A stretch of 64,000 bases of DNA from Acidobacteriota bacterium. GTDB lineage: Bacteria > Acidobacteriota > UBA6911 > RPQK01 > JAJDTT01. The stretch's first letter is position 1. Every line of letters begins with the position of its first letter. The translations under genes and the position numbers were made by a program. The stretch lies in NCBI GenBank assembly GCA_965263035.1, contig OZ253580.1:128001-192000 (forward strand), read 5' to 3'. The notes under the pieces were generated by a model. The model had not been told where the DNA came from. It did no database searches and worked only from the letters and a program-made list of their open reading frames with translations. This document shows positions 51,444 through 61,000 of this stretch, piece after piece.

Positions 51444-54143
51444 ATGGGAAGAATACGCACGATGATCCCCCTGCTGTTGATTCTGACGGTCTGGGGCGCA
51501 CTCGCCGGAGGGGTCAGCCTCTATATCGACTATCTCTGGTTCGATGCCGTGGGCTACCTGGAAGTCTTCCAGACCACGCTCGCCTCCAAGTTTCTATTCT
51601 GGCTGGCCGGATTCGCCGTCAGCTTTCTGATCCTGGGTTCGAACCTCTACCTGGCCGCCCGGCGTCACCACGGCATCTACTGGATGAGTCCGGAACTGCA
51701 GGCGACCGCCCGGAAGGGAACCCAACTCGTCTTCTGGATCGCCATTCTGGTCCTGTCCGTTCTGATGGGAATGGTGGTCCAGAGCCAATGGCTGACCTTT
51801 CTTCAGTTCTGGAACCGGGTGCCGACGGATTTCGTGGATCCGATCTTCAATCAGGACATCTCGTTCTACATTTTCTCCCTTCCTGTCCTGAGCTTCCTGG
51901 TCCATCTGGGACTGGTTCTGGTTGCCCTCTCCGTACTGGCGGCTGCCATCACCTACGTGACCCATGGTCACCTGGCCTACCTGCAGCGCCTGCAACTGAG
52001 CCACGAGGCCCGAGTGCATCTGACCCTTCTGGCTGTGGCGGGATTCCTGCTGCTGGCCGGCCGTTTCTGGCTCAATTGCTACGAGATTCTATACAGCCGG
52101 GAAGGAGTCATCTTCGGCGCCGGGTACACGGACGTTCACGCCCGTCTTCCCTGCACCATGATCCTGGCCGGCGTCTCCGTCCTGACTGCGGTCGCCTTCG
52201 CCGTCTCCATCTTCGGAAAGAACCTTCGAACAGCCGTCTATTCGGGAGTCTTCTTCGGGGCCGCGTACCTGGCCCTGAACTTCTACCCCATGGTGATTCA
52301 GACCTTCATCGTGGAACCCAACGAGCTGCAGTTGGAGACTCCGTTTCTGGCACACAACATCGGTCTGACCCGCAAGGCCTACAACCTGGACAAGATCGAA
52401 GTGCACGACTTCTCCGGGACCGGTGACCTCTCCCGGGAGGAAGTGGCCGCCAACGAGACCACCATCAGCAACATTCGACTCTGGGGATGGCGGCCCCTGA
52501 TGGACTCCTACAACCAGCTTCAATCGATCCGCTCCTACTACGAGTTCCAAGGGGTCGACCTGGACCGCTACGTCATCGACGGGAAATACCGGCAGGTGAT
52601 GCTGTCGGCCCGGGAACTGGATTTCAGCAAGATCTCGGAGCAGGCGCAGACCTGGATCAACCAGTACTTCGTCTACACCCACGGCTACGGCCTCTGTCTG
52701 AGCCCGGTCAACGAGGTCACGCCGGAGGGACTTCCCGAGTTCTTGATCAAGGACATCCCGCCTCAGAGCAATGGGAGCTTCGAGATCACCCGTCCCGAGA
52801 TCTACTTCGGCGAAAAGACCGACAATCCGGTCTTCGTCAAGACCGCCCAGGAGGAGTTCGACTATCCCCTCGGCGACCAGAACGCCTTCACGACCTACCA
52901 GGCCGAGCGGGGACTCGGCATCGGCTCGTTCGTTCGAAAGCTTCTCTTCGCCTGGGAACTGAAAAACTACAAGATTCTCTTCGCCGACGACTTCAGGTCC
53001 GAGAGCCGCGTGCTGCTGCACCGGCGCATCCAGGACCGGGTGCCCAGGATCGCACCGGCGGGCCTGGATTTCGATCCGGACCCCTATCTGGTGATCCACG
53101 AGGGCCGCCTCTTCTGGATTCAGGACGGCTACACCTCCACCAGCCGCTATCCCTATTCGGAGCCGACCCGCCGCGGGATCAACTACATCCGCAATTCCCT
53201 GAAAGTCGTGGTCGACGCTTATCTGGGAGACGTGACCTTTTACGTCTCAGACCCGGAGGACCCCCTGATTCAGGTCTACTCCGCCATCTTTCCGTCCACT
53301 TTTCGGCCGCTGGAGACGATGCCCGAGGGTCTGCGCCTGCACCTGCGGTATCCCGAGGTCCTCTTCAACGTTCAGCGGGAGATGTTCCGCACCTATCACA
53401 TGCGGGACACCGGCGTCTTCTACAACAAGGAAGACATGTGGGACATCCCCACCGAGATCTACCGGGACCAGGAGCAGGTCATGGAGAGCTACTACGTGAT
53501 CATGAGACTGCCCGAATCTCAGGAGGAGGAGTTCATCCTTCTGGTGCCCTACACCCCCCGAAACAAGAACAACATGATCTCATGGTTGGCGGCCCGGTCG
53601 GACGGGGAACACTACGGGACCCTGGTTCTCTACCAGTTTCCCAAGCAGGAGCTGCGCTACGGACCTCTCCAAATCGAAGCCCGCATCGACCAGGACCCGA
53701 CCATTTCCCCCCTTCTGACCCTCTGGAGTCAGCAAGGATCGGAGGTGATCCGCGGCAACCTTCTGGTGATTCCCATCGAGGGGACCCTGCTCTACGTCGA
53801 GCCTCTGTACCTGCAGGCGGAAAAGAACATGATCCCCGAGTTGACCCGGATCATCGTGGTGTTCGAGAACCGCGTGGCTCTCGGGGAAACGCTGGATGAA
53901 GCCCTGGCAGCCGCCATCTGGCCCGACGAGGCGCCCGGAGTATTCCGGGCGCAAGCCGCCGAGGCATTTTCCCCGAATGCGAAGGTCGAACCGGGACGCG
54001 ACAGCCCTCTGATGGTCCGGGCTCTGCAGCACTTCAGTCAGGGTCAGAAATACCTGCGCGAGGGAAATTGGGCCGGCTACGGAGAGGAACAGGAAAGGCT
54101 GAAGCAGGTCCTGGAAGAGTTGGTCCGGGAGTCCAGAAAATAG
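51444..54143 (+). CDS. UPF0182 family membrane protein
   Basis: DYLWF, DPIFNQDISFY, GAGYTDVHA, YTHGYG, NYIRNS, VIRGNL, YVEPLYL. Confidence 0.92.
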   Translation: MGRIRTMIPLLLILTVWGALAGGVSLYIDYLWFDAVGYLEVFQTTLASKFLFWLAGFAVSFLILGSNLYLAARRHHGIYWMSPELQATARKGTQLVFWIAILVLSVLMGMVVQSQWLTFLQFWNRVPTDFVDPIFNQDISFYIFSLPVLSFLVHLGLVLVALSVLAAAITYVTHGHLAYLQRLQLSHEARVHLTLLAVAGFLLLAGRFWLNCYEILYSREGVIFGAGYTDVHARLPCTMILAGVSVLTAVAFAVSIFGKNLRTAVYSGVFFGAAYLALNFYPMVIQTFIVEPNELQLETPFLAHNIGLTRKAYNLDKIEVHDFSGTGDLSREEVAANETTISNIRLWGWRPLMDSYNQLQSIRSYYEFQGVDLDRYVIDGKYRQVMLSARELDFSKISEQAQTWINQYFVYTHGYGLCLSPVNEVTPEGLPEFLIKDIPPQSNGSFEITRPEIYFGEKTDNPVFVKTAQEEFDYPLGDQNAFTTYQAERGLGIGSFVRKLLFAWELKNYKILFADDFRSESRVLLHRRIQDRVPRIAPAGLDFDPDPYLVIHEGRLFWIQDGYTSTSRYPYSEPTRRGINYIRNSLKVVVDAYLGDVTFYVSDPEDPLIQVYSAIFPSTFRPLETMPEGLRLHLRYPEVLFNVQREMFRTYHMRDTGVFYNKEDMWDIPTEIYRDQEQVMESYYVIMRLPESQEEEFILLVPYTPRNKNNMISWLAARSDGEHYGTLVLYQFPKQELRYGPLQIEARIDQDPTISPLLTLWSQQGSEVIRGNLLVIPIEGTLLYVEPLYLQAEKNMIPELTRIIVVFENRVALGETLDEALAAAIWPDEAPGVFRAQAAEAFSPNAKVEPGRDSPLMVRALQHFSQGQKYLREGNWAGYGEEQERLKQVLEELVRESRK

Positions 54144-54277
54144 GCTCGGCCCTGGTGGCGGCCCGTGGCGACGACCCGCTGAGAAATTCGGTCCAGTATT
54201 GTTCCACCTCTGACCCTCAGGCGGTTTGAAGTCGGTGGCGCGCCCGCGTAGAATCACCAAGCAGGAGGCCAATTCTC

Positions 54278-54601
54278 ATGATTACCCTGACGAACGAGGC
54301 AGTGAACCAGGTCCAGAAGGTCATCTCGGAACAGACTAAGGGGTTTGCCGGTCTCCGGGTAGCGGTGGTGGGTGGGGGCTGCTCCGGCTTCCAATACACC
54401 ATGAACCTGGAGCCGCAGAGCCGCGAGGGCGATGACGTCGTGGAGATCGACGGCTTCAAGGTCTTCGTGGATCCTCAGAGCATGCTCTACCTGGACGGGA
54501 CCGAGATCGACTACGTCGAGACGACTCAAGCCGCCGGGTTTCAATTCAAGAATCCCAACGTCACCGGCTCCTGCGGCTGTGGCGAGTCTTTTCACGTCTG
54601 A
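54278..54601 (+). CDS. Iron-sulfur cluster assembly accessory protein (IscA/ErpA/HesB)
   Basis: GGGCSGFQY, NPN..SCGCGESF. Confidence 0.95.
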   Translation: MITLTNEAVNQVQKVISEQTKGFAGLRVAVVGGGCSGFQYTMNLEPQSREGDDVVEIDGFKVFVDPQSMLYLDGTEIDYVETTQAAGFQFKNPNVTGSCGCGESFHV

Positions 54602-54687
54602 ACCCGTTCCTGCTCTAAGCATTTCGATCTGCCGTCCGTATTCTGCGACGCCGGTTCGGGCCTTCCTTGAAGCGCCTCCGTCCTAGG

Positions 54688-54846
54688 GAGCCTGCGCCGC
54701 AGAAATTGATCTACTGCGAAAGTGGTAAAATCGGTCCATATTTCCCCGATTTCTCGGCGAATAGAACAACTATGCACCTCAAAATCGAGAAAATCTGGCC
54801 TCGATTCCCCACTTTCTCGCTACGATCATTTCTACCGCGCAGACTC
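54688..54846 (+). mobile_element. MITE family 1, copy E, 12 bp upstream of moaA
   Basis: Flanks CCTAGG / CTAGG. Confidence 0.9.
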
Positions 54847-54858
54847 CTAGGTTAGATA

Positions 54859-55881
54859 ATGAGCGGCATGGAGACGACCGACGTATTTCGCAGACCCATG
54901 AAGGATCTGCGAATTTCGGTGACGGACCGGTGCAACTACCGCTGCCGGTACTGCATGCCGCTGGACCAGTACGTCTGGATCGAGAAGCGGGAGTTGCTGA
55001 CCTTCGAAGAGATCGTCCGCCTGGCCCGCCTCTCCGTCGACCTGGGCGTCAGGAGAATCAGGATTACGGGAGGCGAGCCCCTGGTCCGGCGCGATCTGGA
55101 TCGGCTGCTTCGGGACCTGTCTGGAATCGGGGGCTTGGCGGACCTGAGTCTCACCACCAACGGCTCGTTTTTGGCGCGGTCCGCTCCAGCGTTGAAACGG
55201 GCGGGGCTGCGGCGGATCAACGTCAGCCTGGACACGCTGGACCCGGAGAAGTTCAGGACCATCACCAAGCGGGGACGGCTGGACGACGTTCTGGAAGGGA
55301 TCCTGGCCGCCCGGGACACGGGAATGACGCCGATCAAGATCAACACGGTCGTGATCCGAGGCATCAACGAGGACGAGATCCTGGACCTGGTGGAGTATTC
55401 GCGCGAGCACGGTCTCCAAGCCAGGTTCATCGAATACATGGACGTGGGAAACGCCAACGACTGGAGTCTCGAGAGGACCGTCACCAAACAGGAGATCCTG
55501 GATCGGATCCAATCCCGGCACCCCCTGGAGGCCGTGGGACGGGAGGAGAGCCGCGCACCCGCCGTCAACTACCGCTTCCTGGACGGCGCCGGACAGATCG
55601 GAATCATCGGGTCGGTGACCGAACCGTTCTGTTCCACCTGCAGCCGGGTCCGGCTGACGGCCGACGGGCAGATGGTCACCTGCCTGTTCGCCTCCCAGGG
55701 CCATGACCTGAAGCGCCTCCTCCGAGGCGGTTGCTCCGACGTCGAGATCCGCTCTTTCCTGGAGCAGGTCTGGTCCGTTCGGGAGGACCGGTTTTCCGAT
55801 CGTCGCTGGCAACAGATTCGCACCGGCGGTTACCATCGGGAAGATCATCGGAAGATCGAAATGATCACCCTCGGTGGGTAA
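54859..55881 (+). CDS. moaA: GTP 3',8-cyclase
   Basis: LRISVTDRCNYRCRYCMP, FCSTCSRVR..CLF, C-terminal GG. Confidence 0.97.
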   Translation: MSGMETTDVFRRPMKDLRISVTDRCNYRCRYCMPLDQYVWIEKRELLTFEEIVRLARLSVDLGVRRIRITGGEPLVRRDLDRLLRDLSGIGGLADLSLTTNGSFLARSAPALKRAGLRRINVSLDTLDPEKFRTITKRGRLDDVLEGILAARDTGMTPIKINTVVIRGINEDEILDLVEYSREHGLQARFIEYMDVGNANDWSLERTVTKQEILDRIQSRHPLEAVGREESRAPAVNYRFLDGAGQIGIIGSVTEPFCSTCSRVRLTADGQMVTCLFASQGHDLKRLLRGGCSDVEIRSFLEQVWSVREDRFSDRRWQQIRTGGYHREDHRKIEMITLGG

Positions 55882-56044
55882 CAGCCTGTGCGGAGTCGTG
55901 AAGACTCGGTCAATTTGCCCCCGTTTCCTGGTCCGGACCGTGAGCCGGGGGTTAAACTGGCGTCATCCCCCGGAGAGATACTGTTGCCGTCCGGGGCCGA
56001 CGGCGAATCCATAGTTTCGAAGACTCAGACATCACAGGACAGCC

Positions 56045-57925
56045 ATGACATCAAATCCAGATTCTCCTGTAGTCACTCCAGACCGAATCCGATCCCTTCA
56101 GGTGATGGCCAACCGTTTGCGGCGCCACTCCCTGGTCTCCACCACCGAGGCCGGTTCGGGACACCCCACTTCCTGCTTTTCCTGTGCCGATCTGGTCTCC
56201 ACCATCTTCTTCCAGTTCCTGCGCTTCGATCTCACCCGGCCGGATCATCCGGCGAATGACCGCTTCGTGCTTTCCAAGGGACATGCCGCACCGGTCCTTT
56301 ACGCGGCCTTGGCCGAAGGCGGAGCCTTTCCGGTCGAGAAGCTGCTCACACTGAGGCGGATCGACAGCGAGTTGGAGGGGCATCCCACCCCGCGAAGTCC
56401 GTGGGTGGACGTCGGTACCGGTTCTCTGGGTCAGGGACTGGCCATCGGCGTGGGCATGGCGCTGGCCCTCAGGAACAGCCCGGCGGGAAACCGGGTCTAT
56501 GTCCTCATGGGAGACGGAGAGACGGCCGAGGGGGCAGTGTGGGAAGCGGCCGCCCTGGCTGGATTCTACGGGCTGGACAATCTCATCGGCGTGGTGGACG
56601 TGAACGGGTATGGCCAGAGCCAGGACACCATGTACGGCCACGACGTGAACGGCTACTGCGAGCGTTTTCGAGCCTTCGGCTGGCACGCGTCGGCCGTGGA
56701 CGGCCACGACGTGGAGGAGATCGCCGCCGCACTTCAGGACGCGTGCAACCAGACCGGAAAACCCTCGGTCATCGTCGCCCGCACCCTCAAGGGGAAGGGA
56801 GTCTCCTTCATGGAGGACAGGGACGGGTGGCACGGGAAACCGATTTCCCGGGGTGCAGATCTGGACCGGGCGCTGGAGGAGCTGGGTCCCGACGTGCCCG
56901 CGGACCCGTCTCTCCGTGTGGCGCTTCCGGCCTCAAACGGGGATTCCGGGGACTCGGATGCCGACGGGACCTCGAAGATGGAGCCTCCCGGCTACACCGA
57001 TCAGGATCAGGTGGCTACCCGCGTCGCATACGGGACCGGCCTGCAGAAGCTGGGAAACGCCAATCCCCGGGTGGTGGCTCTGGACGGCGATACCAAGAAC
57101 TCCACCTACTCGCTGCGGTTCATGGAACGTCACCCGGACCGGTTCTTCGAGTGCTTCATCGCGGAGCAGGCCATGGTCGGGGCGGCAGTGGGAATGGGCG
57201 CCGTGGGCAAGATTCCATTCGCCTCAACCTTCGCCGCCTTCATGACCCGTGCCTACGACCTGATTCGGATGGCGGCCATCTCCCAGAGCAACCTCAAGCT
57301 CTGCGGCTCCCATGCCGGCGTCTCCATCGGTGAGGACGGCCCCTCTCAAATGGGCCTGGAGGATCTGGCCATGATGCGGGCCATTCAAGGATCCACGGTC
57401 TTCTATCCCAGCGACGCCGTCTCCACCGAGCGCCTGGTCGAGGTGGCCTCCCAGACTCCGGGCATCGTCTATATTCGAACCACCCGTCCCAAGACCGCCT
57501 GCCTCTACGACTCTGCGGAGGCCTTCATCCGGGGCGGGTCCAAGACGGTTCGCACCAGCCCTTCGGACCGGGCCACGGTGGTGGCCGCCGGAATCACCCT
57601 TCACGAAGCACTCAAGGCCCACCGGCAGCTGCAGGAGGAGGGCATCGGCATCCGGGTCATCGACCTGTACTCGGTCAAGCCGGTCGATTCCGAGACCCTG
57701 ACGCGGGCGGCACGGGAGACCGGCGCCATCGTCACCGTGGAGGACCACTACGCCGACGGAGGCCTGGGAGACGCCGTCGTGGACGCCCTGGCGGGACAGC
57801 AGTACCGCTACCGGAAGCTGGCCGTGACCGACCTGCCCCGGTCCGGACCCTCAGGCGAGTTGATGGACAACCACGGCATCGGCGCCCGCGCCATCATCGA
57901 GGCCGTGCGGGACCTGGTCTCGTAG
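56045..57925 (+). CDS. tkt: Transketolase (short, mammalian-like subtype)
   Basis: SGHPTS, LSKGHAAP, GDGETAEG, ECFIAEQ, IGEDGPSQM. Confidence 0.93.
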   Translation: MTSNPDSPVVTPDRIRSLQVMANRLRRHSLVSTTEAGSGHPTSCFSCADLVSTIFFQFLRFDLTRPDHPANDRFVLSKGHAAPVLYAALAEGGAFPVEKLLTLRRIDSELEGHPTPRSPWVDVGTGSLGQGLAIGVGMALALRNSPAGNRVYVLMGDGETAEGAVWEAAALAGFYGLDNLIGVVDVNGYGQSQDTMYGHDVNGYCERFRAFGWHASAVDGHDVEEIAAALQDACNQTGKPSVIVARTLKGKGVSFMEDRDGWHGKPISRGADLDRALEELGPDVPADPSLRVALPASNGDSGDSDADGTSKMEPPGYTDQDQVATRVAYGTGLQKLGNANPRVVALDGDTKNSTYSLRFMERHPDRFFECFIAEQAMVGAAVGMGAVGKIPFASTFAAFMTRAYDLIRMAAISQSNLKLCGSHAGVSIGEDGPSQMGLEDLAMMRAIQGSTVFYPSDAVSTERLVEVASQTPGIVYIRTTRPKTACLYDSAEAFIRGGSKTVRTSPSDRATVVAAGITLHEALKAHRQLQEEGIGIRVIDLYSVKPVDSETLTRAARETGAIVTVEDHYADGGLGDAVVDALAGQQYRYRKLAVTDLPRSGPSGELMDNHGIGARAIIEAVRDLVS

Positions 57926-58016
57926 CCGCTCGTCAGCAATGTATGAAGTTCTGGAGATGCCGGCAGCAGTTTGCCTATCGTAGGAGCCAACCGATGGAGC
58001 GTGCCTCCACCAGACG

Positions 58017-61000
58017 ATGAGTGCTTCTCCCTCTGTCGCAGCGCGCCTTGACCGCTCTCGGCGGGACCTCCTTGACCTCACCCTCCGCAATCCCCTCCTT
58101 AATTTTCGCCCGTCCAAGACCCGCGGACTGACCATCACCGGCGAGATCCCAAGGGAGATCTTCAGGATCATCGCCCGGGATGAACGTCTGATGTATTTTC
58201 TGCCGACGGGTTCGAGTGGGGAAGACGAGTCGCTTGAAGCGGTGATTCCCCGGGCACTGCTGTCCTCGATCACTGAATACGAGGACCCTTCCGCCGAGCC
58301 GGCGGCTCATCACGTCGACAACCAGCTCCAGACACCCTACTCGGCAACCCATTTGGAAATCCGGCTCAAAAACACTTTCAGGGCGGCCCACACTTCCATC
58401 GAAGAGCAAGGCGTCAACATTCTCTTTCTCGCTCTCGGCACCCTCAACTGGTCCGAATCCGAATCGAGCGAATTACCCCGCATCGCTCCTCTGATCCTGG
58501 TTCCGGTGAAGCTGGCGCGCACCAGCGTCCGAGCACGCTACCGGCTTGGCTACACCGGCGAAGAGATCGGGGCTAATCTCTCCCTGGAAGCCAAGCTGAA
58601 AGCAGACTTCGATATCCGGCTGCCGGAACTCCCGGATGCGGAAGACCTTGACGTCAACGACTATTTTCAAAAGGTCCGCGCTGCGATTTCCGGAAAGGAG
58701 AGGTGGACGGTTGACGCCAACGCCATCTTCCTGGGCTTTTTCTCCTTCAGCAAGTTGCTGATCTACAAGGATTTGGACCCGGCATCGTGGCCAGAAGATG
58801 CGCCACCGTCGGATCATCCTGTCGTTGAAGCTCTTCTGAGCCCGGACGGCTTCCGAAACGGTGCACCCGACGACATCGAAGAAGAGGGTCTCGACCCCCG
58901 CTTGACCGCTCCGGATGCCCACCAGATCCTCGATTCCGACAGTTCACAGACTCTCGCCGTCATCGATGCCATGAAGGGCCGCAACCTGGTCATCCAAGGC
59001 CCACCCGGAACCGGCAAGTCGCAGACCATCACCAATCTGATCGCCGAAGCGATCGCCCAGGACAAAAAGGTGCTGTTCGTCGCCGAGAAGATGGCGGCTC
59101 TCGAAGTCGTGAAGCGGAGACTCGACAGCGTTCACATCGGGGACGCCTGCCTCGAGTTGCACAGCCATACCGCCAACAAGAAGGCCGTCGTCGATGAACT
59201 GAGGCGCACGCTTCATTTGGGGAAACCCCAGATCAAGGATGTGACGGAAGACCGGCTGCTGATGGAGAGGCGGAGAAAACGGCTCGATGGGTATTCGACC
59301 GCAGTCAATACACCCATTGGCCAAAGCGGCTTCACTCCCCACGAAGTCATCGGAAAACTGTCCCGGTTCGAGGAATTGGATGCCGGAACCGCCTGGCCAC
59401 TTCTCTCCGGTGGCGTCGTGGCCTCTTGTGGGCGGCGCGAATTCTTGCTGTTGCAGGAGTTCGTGGCGGAGCTTCAGGAGTCGGTGAGTGCCATCGGCAA
59501 GCCCCGAGAGCACATTTTCTGGGAAAGTACTCGGACATCGTACCTGCCGACGGAACGATTGAGGATCTTGACGGCACTCCGGAACGCCGCCGATGCGCTC
59601 CGCAAGCTCCGTGGATCGGTCGTGACCCTACAGAAATCCGCGCGATTGGACGATCTGGAGCCGGACCTGGAGAAGGTGGCAAGACTGACCCGCACGGTTT
59701 TGCGTGCCACCGAACGTCCGGACCTCATGAACGTCGATCATCGCCATCCTGATTGGAAGTTCCGGCACGACGAGATCGAGGAAACCGCCCGGGAATTACT
59801 CGAGGTTTCCGAGATTCGGTCCCGATACGAGTCCCTCCTTGTTCCTGAAGCCTGGGACCAGAACGTCTTGAGTTACCGCCGGCCTCTAGTCGAGTGTGGT
59901 GACAAATGGTGGCGGTTTCTCTCCGGCAAGTACCGCGCGGCCCGCAACGGTTTGCAAGTCCTTTGCCGGAGCGATCTCCCTTCCGAGGGATCGTCTCAGG
60001 TGAAAATCGTCGAGGCGATTCTTCGCGAGCAGCGCCTTCGAAAACGGATCGAAGACTCAACCCTTCTCCCCCATCTCTTCCCGGGATTCAGACTGGATCG
60101 GAATCCCGCAAGGAATCGTCAACTCAGCGAAGTGATGAACTGGCTTCTCGTTCTCTACCGCGAGAAAGCGGGGGACGCCGTCGATGAACGAGTCCACGAA
60201 CTGCTCGACCGAGATCTGGACCGCGAGGAACTGAAACACTTGGTTGAGACCTGCACTGGTGACGCGGGAATCCTCTCTGCTGCCCTTGCAACCGTGGCTG
60301 AGATCCTGGAGCTGAACCCTTCGCGCTCCCCCAAAGGAATCGCACTGGCCGAGCACCGATTCTCCGATATGGAGATCTGGCTCGATGCCGCCCGGAACCA
60401 GCTCAACTCTCTTCGCGAAATCGTCCGATTCAATACCACCGAGAAGCGGTTGGTCGACGCCGGACTGAAAGAAGTGATCGATACCGCAATTTCCTGGAGC
60501 CAAGCTGGAGTTCATCTGGTCGATCTGTTCGAGCGTAGCTGGTTGGTCGCTCTGATCGAGGCAGCCTTCCGAGAACGTCCGGTATTGAGCGAATTCGACG
60601 GGGGCACGCATCAGAAGTTCATCGAACAATTCTGCAAGCTGGATACCGATTTTTTCCAGCACAATCGGGCTCTCGTCGCTCAAGCTCATTGGGGGCGGCT
60701 TCCTCGTCATCATGGCGGCGGGCAACTCGGTGTTCTGAAGCGTGAGTTCGAGAAAAAGAGAAGGCATCTTCCCCTGCGGAAACTCATGGCCAAGGCCGGA
60801 AACGCGATCCAACAGGTCAAACCGATCTTCATGATGAGTCCGCTCTCGGTGGCGAAGTTCATACCTCCGGAATCGGTCCGGTTCGATCTCGTCATTTTCG
60901 ACGAGGCCAGCCAGGTCAAGCCGGTTGAAGCTATGGGCGCCATCCGCCGCGGCCGACATTCGATTGTCGTGGGTGACAGCAAGCAGCTTCCGCCCACTCG

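Noticed and set aside
54667-54855. Recurrent small ORFs (LIYCESG.. / MHSCSIRREI..) at several loci
   Set aside because: They are translations through MITE family 1, with no independent sign of coding function.
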